63,180 bases of DNA, filler included, from Octopus bimaculoides (GCF_001194135.2; 7 parts of 6 records of this genome joined end to end with filler, not necessarily neighbours in it); one strand, 5' to 3'. Counted from the first letter of the whole stretch, positions 26,591 through 40,732 are shown. Notes: generated from the letters alone by a model not told the origin. Translations and numbers: made by a program.

Positions 26591-29388
26591 CAGTACAGCA
26601 TTTCTTTAAACAGCTCCAGTTTAACAGTTGCTGTTTAACATTTTCTGTTTAATTACTTCTGTTTAACACTCTTTGTGTCATTCAATAAATCATGTGATTT
26701 GTAAACACAGGTTTGAAATAGGATGGAACATTCATAGACTAAAACAATGACAGATAATATGTTTGGCTATGCTATTTTAATGAAAAGACATGTAAAATGT
26801 ACATTAATATATTTGTTTGCTTTACAGAGTCAATTTGTTAATGCGTATAGGAAAATGTTTATGACAACAACAATAATTTGTAGAGTCAAATGTGTGTAAG
26901 CAGATAAATGGTCATTAGTAACAAAACAAAAAAAAAAGTGAAATCAGCTAAACACACATGCATTTAAACTGGTGGAAATTACTCTGTTGAGACTAGACCA
27001 AAGCGAGAAAAGAAAACAAGAGAGAATAAAATAAGATAGCTATCTGTCTCTACTAAGACAGCTAGTGAATGGTCTGCAAAGCATTTGACTTTTCTTTAAA
27101 TAGCCAAAAGGTGGCTCAACAAACTATTAACTTCTTATAGGCCCAAATTTCTAAATGGTAACTTTAATACATGTATGTAACAAGACATTGAAACCAAAGT
27201 TGTTACTTGCATTATGCAGTCTGGTAATATTTCAAACTGACAATCTCTAATCAGATGAAGAGGCATTCTTTGAGTCAATGAAGGAGTCTCAATGTATTGA
27301 TTTGACTTGCTACAAATATCAGTTAATTATACCTTAAATCACATATTAGTGTCTTAGAAAAGAAAAGACATGTTAGATAATATAGCTCTAGATATACTAT
27401 GTATGAAAAAAATAAATAAAAGTCAGTATAGTCATTGCTGGAACACTTCTGATCATAAGTTTGCTCATTCAGAGCTGATCTGGAGTTAAACAACTACAAC
27501 AACAAAGGATGATTCCTATCTTCCTAAAAAAAGTCAAGCTGTTTAAAGTTATAATACAGTAGAACTTGAAATTGTCCTGAATGAAGACTACAATATTTCT
27601 AATACTAAGTGAGTAAATGTCACTTCAAAGTGAGCTCTTTCTACTTCAAATAGAGATTTATGATTCAAATTAATTTATGTCATTTTAAAGTAAGAACAAT
27701 GATTTCAAAGTGAGATTAATACAAAAAGATTGACTTAACAGAAAATATAAAATCAAAGTCAAAACATCAACTCTTTGCGGTAAATTTAATGTAATGTCTT
27801 CATTTTTCTTTCACAAGTTCAGTGATTGACTGTCATTTAATGCATAGTACAGATAGGCATACATCTCATTATCAACCATCACATCACATCTTTTGCCTTT
27901 GGGTAAAATTACTTGTTTTTTTAATTTTATATTGTCTAAAATTATAGTTTATTGTCCTTAAATGAATGTCTATATATGAAGTAGGTCATTGTAATCTAAT
28001 CCCCCCATCATAACAATTTATGAATAGATCAGAAGTGATGTTGGTCATAGGCATTTTTGTTTGAGAGAAAACAAGTTATACGGTGGGAACTAACTCTCTT
28101 CATAGCCACAACTGTTAATTAAAAAATAGCAGTTTCTTTTATTTTGTTTTGTGTTTTATATCACAGCATTATATTATTATATTCTCTGATTGACACAACA
28201 TTTGACAGAAGTTTTGATGGGAATATGCCACCAGTATTCTTTCAGTTGGTGTTTATGAATGTATTCCATAACAGAGGGATTTTCTAAGTTTATTTCAGGA
28301 CAGTCTTTTTTTTTGAATGGCATTTTAAATTGTTTTAGCAACAACATTGTGCTGCATAGGGAGGTAGTACTGTAACAACATTTTAGGACAGCTGCTAATC
28401 ACATGCGTAATGTCTTCACAGAAGCATATCATAGCCTACATATGCAGTTGCACATTGGGATTACAAGAGCATCACTGTCTCTCTTATTCACCAGGTACTT
28501 TGTGGCAATCTCCTGTTCCTGGATTGCATATATATATGTATGTATGTATGTATGTGTGTATGTATGTATGTATGTATGTATGTATGCATGTATGTGTGCA
28601 TGTATGTATGCATGTATGTATGTATGTATGTATTGTTATTGGTCAGTCTGAAGCTATGTGTGGTAAAGGCATTTGCTCAAAGCACTCCCATAGTAACCAA
28701 AACCCAAAACTATACAGTTGTGAGGCAAAATTCTTAACTTCACAAACATATATATACTCATGAAACCATAAAATAATTGCCAATAACATACTGGAATTAA
28801 TCATTCAATCAAACTACAACTTCTTTTATTTACAAAAATTTTAGAAATCAATATTCACTCACATATTCTCTAAAAGACTAATACATTGATGGTTTGGGGA
28901 GTTATTGGTGATGTTAGGTTTTCACCAGTTGGAATCGGTGTGAGTGCTTTATCTTAAATTCCATAATGAAAATTCCTCAGTTGCTGGATTACCTCTGAAT
29001 TTACTGCTCTTACCATTTTTCCCCCTTTGTTTCACTCTGAATATAATATGAAATCTCACACATTTCTCCTCTTTTCATAGCTGAGCATTACTGCAAATGT
29101 ATATCTTTATATTTTATTTCATCTTTATTAATCATATAATGTGGTAAAGATTATCTAGTTATATGATTTGTAACCGAAATCCCTTGAGGCTTTAATCTGT
29201 AACTGGTATATTTAATTAATTCGAACATGACAACTTAATATGATAAGAGCTGAACAAAGCTTAAAAACAGATTTGATATAATATGATATTCTGAAAAGAA
29301 CAAAATACAGAATAATGAACTAGAAGCAAGACTGCTCCGGAGTTTGTGATTGACTGGGATTTTTGGAATCGATGCTAATAAATATAAT

Positions 29389-29438
<50 letters not shown>

Positions 29439-30479
29439 TGTTATGTGTGAGCATGTGTGCGTGCTTGTGCGGTGTGTGTGTGTGTATTTGTGCGGTATGT
29501 GGGTGTGTATATGTATGAATATACAGATATCATCATCAGTCGTCATCGTCATCGTCATCATCATCATTGTTGTCATCATCTTCATCATCATCATCACCAT
29601 CATCGTCGTTGTTGTCATCATCGCCGTCGTTGTCATCGTCATCGTCGTCGTCATCATCTTCATCATCATCATATGTATGCATGTCATTAACTGTTGTAAG
29701 AGAGATTATGAATAAGTATGTAATGCAAAATAGAAGCTGTTAGAAATTCAAACGGAGTAAATTTTCCTTTTTTTTCTTTCTTTCTCTCTCTCTCTTTTTT
29801 GTTTTTGACTTTGTGGGTACTAAATCAGCTAAGCATGTAGCCTTACTAATGAAGCTGACCTTCAGGCAGTAAATTATGCCTTGTGGATTTTGAGTTAGAG
29901 TTAGAGTTGCAGAGAAGTAGAGATGTTTGATTTAGACTACGAGCTGAAACATAGATGGTTTGTATATCCTGTTAATAATACTGCTGCATGCTTATCGATA
30001 AGACCAATTTAATTGTTAAACAACCCAACCTGACTAACTGTAAACACATACTACAGTGCAGGAATGCAGTAGAACTGATAAAAATTTTGATAAATTGAAG
30101 CGATAGGTTTAGCTTCTCAAGAGATAGTTTACATAAGAACAGGTCCATCAAGATAACTTGTCCCAGATGCTATATATTATTATCATCATCATCATCATCA
30201 TCAGCATCAGCATCATTTAACGTCCATTTTCAATGCTGGTATGGGTTGGACGGTTGACAGGAACTGGTAAGGCCAGGGACCACACAAGGTTCCATCGTCT
30301 GTTTTGGTTTTTTTTTTATGGCTGGATGCCCTTCTTAATGCCAACCACTCCACAGAGTGTAGGGGGTGCTTTTTATGTAGCACCATCATAGGTGCTTTCT
30401 AAGTGGCACCAACACCAGTGCTTTTTATGCGGTATCTTGGTTTTAAGATCTCAATTCTGTTGTGGTGGGTTGGTCTTCT

Positions 30480-30790
30480 CAAGTACAGCAATGTGCCACA
30501 TATCTCAGTCCTCTGTCATCTCTTTTGTAAGGTTCAGTGTTTTGAGATTGGCCTTGAATACTTCATCCCATATCTTTCTGGGTCTCTGTCTTCTACAACT
30601 TCCCTCCACTTTAAGTGATCTGTTCTTCTTTATGCAGCTGTTCTTATCCATGCACATCACACGACCAAACCAGTGCAGTCTCCTCTCTTGTGCATTACAT
30701 CTAATCCCTCTTATACCCAACTTCTCCTTCAACACACCAATGCTCTGTCATACATGCACACTAACATTGCACATCCAACAGAGCATACCA
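30480..30790 (-). mobile_element. RTE-clade LINE 3' fragment
   Basis: QERRLHWFGRVMCMDKNSCIKK...VEGSCRRQRPRKIWDE matches the RTE C-terminal RRLRWxGHVxRM...GxRxRGRPRKxW motif. Confidence 0.85.
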
Positions 30791-31320
30791 GCATACCTAT
30801 ATATTATGTAGGAAATAATCTTGTTCACTAAAGGTTCTGAAATTCTACAATAGGGTTAAGACTAGGAAATTGAGTAGATTTACAAATCAAAGCTTGAGAA
30901 TGAGGCTTGTTGCAGCAATCTCCTGGACATCTCTGTCATTAGCAGTCAAATGAGATGACTGGGCACAGCTGTTTGTATGCTGACATTTTTGCATGGATGA
31001 CTGAACTTCCATCCCGTTTGTAGTGAGTGTATGTTTTGGTGCTGGAGGCAAACGTGCACACACATACACACACACATGCACATACACACACACATGCACA
31101 CACACATGCACACACACACACGCACACACACACACACACACACATGCACGCGTGCACACAAACACGCATGCACACACATGTATGCACACATGTGCATGCA
31201 GATATATACATATATAGACAGAGAGGAGAGAGAGAAGGAGAGAGATATTACACATACATACACACATACCTAGATGCTCACATATATAAACAAGGAAATA
31301 GACTGATAGATAGATAGATT

Positions 31321-31388
<68 letters not shown>

Positions 31389-34019
31389 TAAATAGAGAGA
31401 GAGAATGAGAGAAACATTAACCCTTTAGCATTCAGATTACTCTGTCAAATGTTCACATTGTTTTGAATTATCTATCTTCTAGCTTTGAGATTTCAATGAT
31501 GTGATTGTTAATTTTTAGAATGACATTGCAAGGGAGGTGTGAGAGGCTAGACCTGGCCTGTTTTAACATAAAACAGGTACAATATTTGGGTTGGATATGG
31601 CCAGTTAAAATGTGAAAGGGTTGAAATGTTTGATGTCTAATAAGTCTGCTTTGAATTGGTGATGCTCAATGGGCAGTGCCAAAATGTCTGATACCCCATC
31701 AGCTAAACCTCTTTGCACAAGAGTTACTCTGATTTCATGAAGAAAACTTGAAAATTAACAACAAATTGTAAGGCTGAATTTAAGAAAAGTAAAAGAAAGT
31801 TGAATTTTATAAATTTACACTAGCTAAAGGGACTTCTAAATTTATAGCAAAATAAAGGTATTTCTAAACCCACTGCTAAATAATGGTATCTAAACTTATA
31901 GTCAAATAAAGGAGATTATTAAGTTGAACTCAAATTAAGAGTAAAGAAAAGTTATGAGTGTAATAAACTGTGGTTCTTAAATGGTGCATCCTGGTATAGT
32001 GATACATTGTGAGTAACTAAGTAAAATACAGTTTTTAAAAATATTATTAAAAATATAGTTTTAGGCTGGCAAAAATCTATACTAATGGTTGAACATCATA
32101 CAATATGTCTTCTTCATAATTTTGTTACATATGATTATGATTAACAAAACAAGGCAAGCAATTTTCTTCATTTTAAAAAATTTTTAACTTCAAAACATAG
32201 CCTTTTTTTTAGTTTGTATGTATGCCAGCAATTATTTATTTGATCCTCAGTGTTCATAAAGTCAAAATGGTTGAGATCCACAGGTATAAATAGAATAAAA
32301 TCATTTGTTAAAAGTACTTGGATGTTGAAGACTAGAATATAGCTATATATAATTTTTCTGGTTTTAGTCATTAGACTTCGGTCTTACTGGGAGCACCACT
32401 TATAGTAGAGCTTAAAAAATGTAGAAATTGGAGGCTGAAATTTCTATATAAGGTGTTGAGTAAGAGAAGTAACTCACATTTATTTAAGATAGTGAAAACT
32501 GAAGTTTGATTAGTGCTGGGTTAAAGGAAAACTAGATTGTATCATGAGGAAAAGCTGTTAATTGTTGGAGAAAGTGTATGTTTGAATTATTTTAATTTTA
32601 AGAAATTAAAGATGTAATTAGTTAAGGCTGTTTACTGGTTTTGAATTCTGGCACAAAGCCAGCAATTCTGGGAGAGGACAAGTCGATTACATTGATCCCA
32701 ATGTTCAACTGGTACTTATTTTATCAACCCTAAAAGGATGGAAGGCAAAGTCAATGCCAGTAGCATTTGAACTCAGAACATCAAGTCAGAAGAAATGCTG
32801 CTAAGCATTTTCCCAATGTGAAAATGATTCTGTCAGCATGCTACCTTATTAAGGCTGTTTATTGAAACTTAGGGACTTGAAGAATTGAAGAAGAATTTTT
32901 GAAGATTAGCAAAAATAAAGAAATAAATTACAATTTGGGAAGGTAAACATTTTTAAGGCATATATGAAAAATGACTAGATACAAAATGCATAAATGAAAA
33001 CATATTTAATCGAATATCATATCTAGGGTACACATATAAAATAGAAAATAAGAAATAAGTTGAAATATGGAATGGGGAGATATATTTATATGAAAATTGG
33101 TAAATACAGATATTAAAGTTGAATTATTGAACAGAAGTAGTTAAAAATAGTTGTTAGAAATGTGTTTTTGAAGCAGAAAATATATAAGTTCAATATTTGA
33201 GGATAACTCCTGAGAAATTGAAATGGTTAATGGTGTTCAGTGTGTCCTTAGGCAGAGGAAGACTTGATAGTTACACCTCCACATCACACCTATGTGGGTG
33301 TTCTCTTGTGACACAGGACAGGGAGGACATGACATTCGTAAAGACTAACATAGCAAGTATGCAAATGACCAGAGCAATATCAAGACTAGTTCTCAACATC
33401 TTTTGAAAGGAGTTTATGTTGGTTAGCCTGGGAACCATAAAACATCCCAGGAGAAGGAAACTGATTTTAACCTGAGCAGATGGATCTCTTGAGCATGGGC
33501 AGCATTATGATCATCTGAGGGAAGGAACCCTGACAGGAAACCAACACCATTTCAAGTTTTGTAGGTTGAGCATTGGACAAATCACCCGATATTGGAAAAA
33601 GTCTTCTGATTACAGACATTATAGACGGAAACTGAAAGAAGCCCGTCGTATATATGTATATATGTGTGTGTGTGTGTGTGTGTGTTTGTGTATCTGTGTT
33701 TGTCTCCCTAGCATTGCTTGACAACCGATGCTGGTGTGTTTATGTCCCCGTCACTTAGCGGTTCGGCAAAAGATACCGATAGAATAAGTACTAGGCTTAC
33801 AAAGAATAAGTCCCGGGGTCGATTTGCTCGACTAAAGGTGGTGCTCCAGCATGGCTGCAGTCAAATGACTGAAACAAGTAAAAGAATAAAAGAGTAAAAG
33901 AGAGAGAGTTACCAGCCCTTTAGGAAACCCAAGAAAAATCTAATGAACGTTAATGTACCAAGTACTTTCAATGTCCAAACTAAGTTAAATAATTTGGTTT
34001 ATAAATTTTGAACCAAATT

Positions 34020-34235
34020 ATTTGACCATGCTTAGAGAATGAAGGCATGTGTGGCACTGTATTTACTTTTAAATAGAATGACCCTTGCAAGACGCAAGCT
34101 ATACAGAAATGGAACTAAAACCTGTAGATTGTGTAAAGTTGAGAAAAAATCTTCTAATTATGAACCATAATAAAACTGTTTATCATTTAATTGTAAGATC
34201 AGAGATTTTCAATTAGTCTAGACACCTGGGAAGTT
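34020..34235 (+). mobile_element. Highly decayed Penelope-like endonuclease C-terminal fragment
   Basis: LARRKLYRNGTKTCRLCKVEK ... SEIFNxSRH resembles the PLE CxLCxxEK...RxEL...CRH region. Confidence 0.5.
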
Positions 34236-34949
34236 ACATTTGATTAAATGGAAATATACATAGCCGTTTGACTGAATATAGTCAATGCAGTTACTTACCA
34301 CAAAAACTAGCACATTCACATAATCATTCTTTTCTGTATGACCTCTAATTTAAATTTGCTTTCAGTCTACTACTTTCGCACTTAAAATACCAATCTTATC
34401 GTGTCATTATTCTTCACTATATTATCTAAGTTACTCTTTTAATATCATACTAATTAGGGTGGCGAGCTGGCAGAATCATTAGCACACTGGACAAAATGCT
34501 TAGCAGTATTTTGCCTACCGTTACATTCTAAGTTCAAATTCTGCTGAAGTCAACTTTGCTTTCATCTTTTTGGGGTTGATTAAATAAGTACCAGTTACAC
34601 GCTGGCGTTGATGTAATCAACCTAATCCCATTGTCCTTATTTGTCCCCTTTATGTTTAGCCCCCTGTGGGTAATAAAGAAATAAATTTCGTACTAATTTA
34701 ACTTGTTCCTTTTCATTTTTATAAGGATGTATCTTTTTACATACATACAAACACATGACTCTTTTTTTTAAATATCTAATTATTTCAACATGACCTTAGC
34801 TAGCCCAAGCAATTTATGACAAGAAATTTATAATGAACAAGCTCAAACAATTTATAACTGACAAGCATTTACTAAAAAAATTTATCACATTTTTGCAATG
34901 GCACAGCTGACATGACCAGTTCAAACTAGTTTTCATCACCAGTAACAGG

Positions 34950-35236
34950 TTTTGTCTGTTGTTACCGACTGAAGATTATCATTGCATTATGAAACTTTCG
35001 TGCAAGAGAGACGATTGCGCTGGTATGGACATGTGGTGAGAATGGAGGAGGATAGCTGCGTGAAAAAGTGCCACACCCTAACAGTTGAGGGAACCCGTGG
35101 AAGAGGTAGGCCCAGGAAGACCTGGGCTGAGGTGGTGAGGCAAGACCTTCGTACATTGGGCCTCACCGAGGCGATGACTACGGACCGAGACCTTTGGAAA
35201 TGGGCTGTGCGTGAGAAGACCCGGCAAGCCAAGTAA
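34950..35236 (+). mobile_element. RTE-clade LINE 3' fragment
   Basis: VQERRLRWYGHVVRMEEDSCVKKC...VEGTRGRGRPRKTWAEVVRQDL. Confidence 0.9.
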
Positions 35237-35404
35237 GATCGTTGCCAGTGCCCCTGGACTGGTTCTTGTGCGGGTGGCACATGAGATGCACCATTTTGAG
35301 CGTGNNNNNNNNNNNNNNNNNNNNNNNNNNNNNNNNNNNNNNNNNNNNTTAATTAATTAANNNNNNNNNNNNNNNNNNNNNNNNNNNNNNNNNNNNNNNN
35401 NNNN

Positions 35405-35664
35405 TGAAGATACGTTATTGCAGCAACAATTATAATAACAGAAACAACCACAATAAGCCAAACCTATGCACATTTCAATAGGGTATCCCGGATAAATAAA
35501 CCACATCATAAGATGTCTCGTAAAATATTGTAACAAATTACAACATATTACAAATTTCTGGATACTCCATCTCGAGATGGAGTATCCCTATTGAAATGTG
35601 CATAGGTTTGGCTTATTGTGGTTGTTTCTGTTATTATAATTGTTGCTGCAATAAAGTATCTTCA
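35405..35664. repeat. Long inverted repeat (~79-bp arms) with a nested 28-bp perfect palindrome
   Basis: Arm 35405-35483 is the reverse complement of 35586-35664 with one mismatch; GGATACTCCATCTCGAGATGGAGTATCC at 35560-35587. Confidence 0.9.
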
Positions 35665-37021
35665 ATGCATTGATTTTGAGCTCTATCCTTTAAGAGACAT
35701 GTATACATATATATATATATATATGCATACATACACACTCACAGACATATATATATATATATATATGAAAAGGTGCATGACAATCTGTCATTACATCATT
35801 ATATTGTTGATGTAAAAGATGGTTTAAAGCTGTCTTCAGCCGCAAAAAATATTTCAGTACCGGTTTCGGTCATTGAAGTCTTTTTCAACTGTATGTATGA
35901 AAACAATTAAATTTGGGAAAAATTAAATGAAAAAATTTTTTTAAGAATATTTGCATAGTATTCAAATACAAGGGGCATTTTCATTGTTCCTGCCTGTCTC
36001 TGTCTCTCTTCGTTACTCTTGTGGGTAGAAAATTTAGGGAGATTTAGAGAAATTTTCTACCGGTAGCCAGCATGCGTAATAAAGTCAATAGACAATATAT
36101 TTTTCATATAAAATAGCGTACGTACTTATAGAGGAAAGAGGTGACTTTTAGCATGTAAGGTGTCCTGTTAAAGGTCACTTCTTTTGTGTATAAATACGCA
36201 CACTATTTATACATATATATATATATATATATATGGAGAAACATGTATATGCATATATATACATATATATATGTATGTACGTATAACCATCCATATTTAT
36301 GTATACATTTGTATATGTATCTGTATATATTTGTATGTACATTATATGTGTATATATGCATGTATATGCATATTTATATGCTATACTATACCACAGCATA
36401 TATCTATAGATTAACCCACATTGTATGTATACACTGATGTAAACAACTTGTCTTTATATCTGTCCCTGAAGATACCGTATACGCAAACGAGTTGTTTGTA
36501 TCTCTCTTACATGCAGCGTTGGCTAATACCCATAGATTTACTTTGTAGCAGAGTACGGAATTGAAACTAAACACTGTTAAAGCCCTATTAATATATATAT
36601 ATATATATATATATANNNNNNNNNNNNNNNNNNNNNNNNNNNNNNNNNNNNNNNNNNNNNNNNNNNNNNNNNNNNNNNNNNNNNNNNNNNNNNNNNNNNN
36701 NNNNNNNNNNNNNNNNNNNNNNNNNNNNNNNNNNNNNNNNNNNNNNNNNNNNNNNNNNNNNNNNNNNNNNNNNNNNNNNNNNNNNNNNNNNNNNNNNNNN
36801 NNNNNNNNNNNNNNNNNNNNNNNNNNNNNNNNNNNNNNNNNNNNNNNNNNNNNNNNNNNNNNNNNNNNNNNNNNNNNNNNNNNNNNNNNNATTTTTGTAT
36901 ATCTTCTTTTTCTCCCTCTTTTCCACCTTCTTCTTCTCGTTCTCCTTCTGTCCTTGAAACTTTATGTCCTATTGTTTAATTGACAGTTGGTGGTATCTCT
37001 TTGAATAAATATATATATATA

Positions 37022-37249
37022 TTGGGTTGTCCGGAAAGTTCGTGCCCATTTATAGTAGCTTACCTTTCGATGTATTTGCCATGAAACCACTTCAATTCTC
37101 AGAAGAGGGTATTTTCAAGTTAAAGAAAAGATGGAGACGCATTGTGCAACAAAATGGTTTATATTTGGTTGATTAAAAATGTAATGGCAAGTATATATTA
37201 ACCTTTTTCTTTCCTTTAAAAATCGGCACGAACTTTCCGGACAACCCAA
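37022..37249. mobile_element. Mariner-derived MITE
   Basis: TIRs TTGGGTTGTCCGGAAAGTTCGTGCC / GGCACGAACTTTCCGGACAACCCAA flanked by TA on both sides. Confidence 0.9.
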
Positions 37250-37255
37250 TATAAC

Positions 37256-37286
<31 letters not shown>

Positions 37287-38179
37287 GTGTGTAATATCTA
37301 TGAAATATCTAAGCAGAGACAGTAGACCGTAACAACATGAAATGAAGTGTTTTGTTTAAGAACACAACGCATTGCCCGGTCCAAGAAGCGAAACCACAAT
37401 CTTACGATCATGGATCCAACACCTTAACCACTAAGTCATGTGCCAATTGTCTTCGAAAAGAAAAGTTACTACGGTTATTGTCCTCCTTGCAATTTTGGCT
37501 GGTCACTACTGGAATGCATTTGTCATGAAATTTAAATTTTAGTTGACCTGTACAACATTTATTTCCCTTATGCCATTGGGTAATATTTATAACTAAACAA
37601 AAATTAAGTAAAAGAAATAGTAGAACGTCCAATGTCATTAATTTAGACAACACAAGCGAACACAAGATTAATTTTTGTTTTTTTTATTAAAACCGTCTTT
37701 ACTTGGGGTGAAAGTTAATAAAATAGCGAGGGACAATTGTAACTAATTTCCAAAAAGCAGTCACATTAAGCAAAAGATGGCCAGTGTGTTTTGTTTTTGT
37801 TTTGTTTCCTGAAGACAAAGACACAGCCGTAAACACGTTTCTGCCTCAATCGGCATCATTACCACAGCATTGTCCAGATGCTGAGAGTGACTCCAGATTA
37901 GAAGAGATAATCTCTCAAAGGATCATATGAAAGAAAATACAAACAGTTTTTCTGGAGACAGAGAGACAGAGCATTGTCAGGATGCTGTACGGCGGAATGG
38001 CAAAGTTCGTTTCGCAAACACAAGATCCTGAGTTCGATCCACCGCATAGCATCTTGGTCAAGTATCTTTTGCCCATATGTACATACACATTCATATATAT
38101 ATATATACTCATATATACACATCTTAGAAGAAGAGAATGGAGTTAGTGGAGCAAGAACACACACAAGAAAACGAAAAGT

Positions 38180-38222
38180 GTTGCTGAAGAGGTCACAGAT
38201 GTGTGACGAAAGATTTCTGGAC
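38180..38222 (+). ncRNA. Minimal hammerhead ribozyme motif, intact core, weak stem I
   Basis: CUGAAGA-G-GUCACA GAUG UGUGAC-GAAA-GAUU-UC. Stem II is a perfect 6 bp; stem I has G-U pairs only. Confidence 0.55.
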
Positions 38223-38337
38223 AATGGACATCAGTTAAAATAATAAAATAAGAACAGTAATAAACGAGTGGAGAAAAATATATATAGTACGTGTGTTTAT
38301 TTGGCAAAAAAAATTACCATCCCAAAATACAGCAATA

Positions 38338-38368
<31 letters not shown>

Positions 38369-39348
38369 GTGTNNNNNNNNNNNNNNNNNNNNNNNNNNNN
38401 NNNNNNNNNNNNNNNNNNNNNNNNNNNNNNNNNNNNNNNNNNNNNNNNNNNNNNNNNNNNNNNNNNNNNNNNNNNNNNNNNNNNNNNNNNNNNNNNNNNN
38501 NNNNNNNNNNNNNNNNNNNNNNNNNNNNNNNNNNNNNNNNNNNNNNNNNNNNNNNNNNNNNNNNNNNNNNNNNNNNNNNNNNNNNNNNNNNNNNNNNNNN
38601 NNNNNNNNNNNNNNNNNNNNNNNNNNNNNNNNNNNNNNNNNNNNNNNNNNNNNNNNNNNNNNNNNNNNNNNNNNNNNNNNNNNNNNNNNNNNNNNNNNNN
38701 NNNNNNNNNNNNNNNNNNNNNNNNNNNNNNNNNNNNNNNNNNNNNNNNNNNNNNNNNNNNNNNNNNNNNNNNNNNNNNNNNNNNNNNNNNNNNNNNNNNN
38801 NNNNNNNNNACATTCAATACTTTATTTCATGGTGCCATCCATTTTTATTTTATTTTATATTATATATTGTATATTATATTATATATTGTATATTCCATAT
38901 TCTATACCCCACATTGGTTCTGCAGGAATATAAATAAAACATAAAAAACAGACAGTGTTGGAACTCTTTTAAACAAAATAATATATTCCTCTATACACAA
39001 TCATACAAAAAAAACACCTTTTTTGTATTTATTTTTACTCGCATATATATATATATATATATATATATACTTGAACAATCATATATCTTACATCTTTGAT
39101 TTAAGTGAGACTGAAGTGTCTTAGCCTCGGAAATATTGTAAACCATCGTAACAAGATTTGAAACAAGGACATCTAAAAAAAAAAATAGAATATTAAGACA
39201 ACTTAATTATCTACAAAACTCGTGTTTATGTATATATAGTTCTGTTGTTATCTCAAATAAACCAGACATGTTTTTTTGTTATTTTGCATCTATTTCTGAG
39301 TTCTATGAAAAATGTTCACGCTTCTCAGAACCACCCACTTCTAACTCC

Positions 39349-39398
<50 letters not shown>

Positions 39399-39454
39399 NN
39401 NNNNNNNNNNNNNNNNNNNNNNNNNNNNNNNNNNNNNNNNNNNNNNNNNNNNNN

Positions 39455-39501
<47 letters not shown>

Positions 39502-39914
39502 TACATACACACATACACTCTCCCTCTGCTCAGCTCTCTACCCTTATGCGCTCTTCTTTTAAATCGTGCCAAATTTGAATTCAGGTCTGAATGATCGGAA
39601 TTCATGTACGATAAGACCTTATCTCTAACTATCTTCGACCTTAAACTACCCCTGAGAATATCATCCATGTACAAGACGTTTATGCTAACAGAAACGTGTA
39701 TTGCTTATCTTTTGTAATCATTCTTTTCCGTTTTTTACTTCGAATGTTTGGATGTTTTAGAGTCAGTTTTTTTTATTAAGATTAGTGTTGCTTTTCTGCC
39801 ATTATAATACGTGAGACGTGCATCTAATACAGGGTCCCCAAATGTTTTGACCGCCTAATACTTCATGGAATCCTTAATCCTTCAATGACCCCGGGCATAT
39901 ATAAAATAGAAAAA

Positions 39915-40393
39915 GAAGAAAGCAACCATGCTCTGGGATATGCCAATACACACAGATAGAGAAATTAAGGCCAATACGCCGGATATAGTTGTCAGAGATC
40001 ACTAAGAAAAAATGGCTTTCTAATCGATGTATCAATACCAACAGATGACAATGTTTCTCTAAAAGAAACAGTGAAACTTTCAAAATACAAGATCTGGAAA
40101 TAGAGGTAACTCAAATGTGGAGCCTAAAAACAGAAACAATTCCTATTATAGTAGGTGCATTAAGTATGATAAAAAAAAAAACATTCAGATAATACATAGA
40201 AAAATTAACAGGACTTACAAGTATATATAACATACATAAAATAGCACTTCTAGGCCCCGCACACATCCTACGTAAAACATTTTCAATACAGTGAAAATAA
40301 GAGCACCGCAACAAACCACAGCAAAAGCCCAAGGCACACAGAGCTGCGCTCGGTAGTGAAGTGAAAGCACGTGATAAAAATAAGACTACTGAA

Positions 40394-40460
<67 letters not shown>

Positions 40461-40462
40461 TA
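39915..40462 (+). mobile_element. R4/Dong-like non-LTR retrotransposon 3' end (restriction-like endonuclease domain), decayed
   Basis: LWDMPIHTDREIKANTPDIVVRD / FLIDVSIPTDDNVSLKE..KLSKYK / DLEIEVTQMWSLKTETIPIIVGAL across frameshifts; ends in a long (AAT)n run. Confidence 0.8.
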
Positions 40463-40629
40463 TTCAAATTACGATCAACGTAAACAAATAAACGAAGTTT
40501 GCTTTAAGAAGCGTTGAGATGTCTTAGAAAGTTAAAGAAGTGATTTTAAATTCTCAAACGCAGGATAATGCTAATAATATAGCCTGAACAGGATAAACTG
40601 CCCATATTTTGCAGAAAAAAAGTGTAGGC

Positions 40630-40705
40630 GGCCAGCCATGAAACTCGAACTCACACCTTCGTGATTACACGTCGCAGTGCTCTTGACCAATTAAGCTAAA
40701 CTGCC
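40630..40705 (-). pseudogene. tRNA-like sequence (pseudogene or isolated SINE head)
   Basis: GGCAGTTTAGCTTAATTGGTCAAGAGCACTG...TGTAAT...GTGAGTTCGAGTTTCATGGCTGGCC, about 76 nt with A and B boxes but imperfect stems. Confidence 0.5.
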
Positions 40706-40732
40706 CAACATCCTTAAACAAACCTTATTCAG

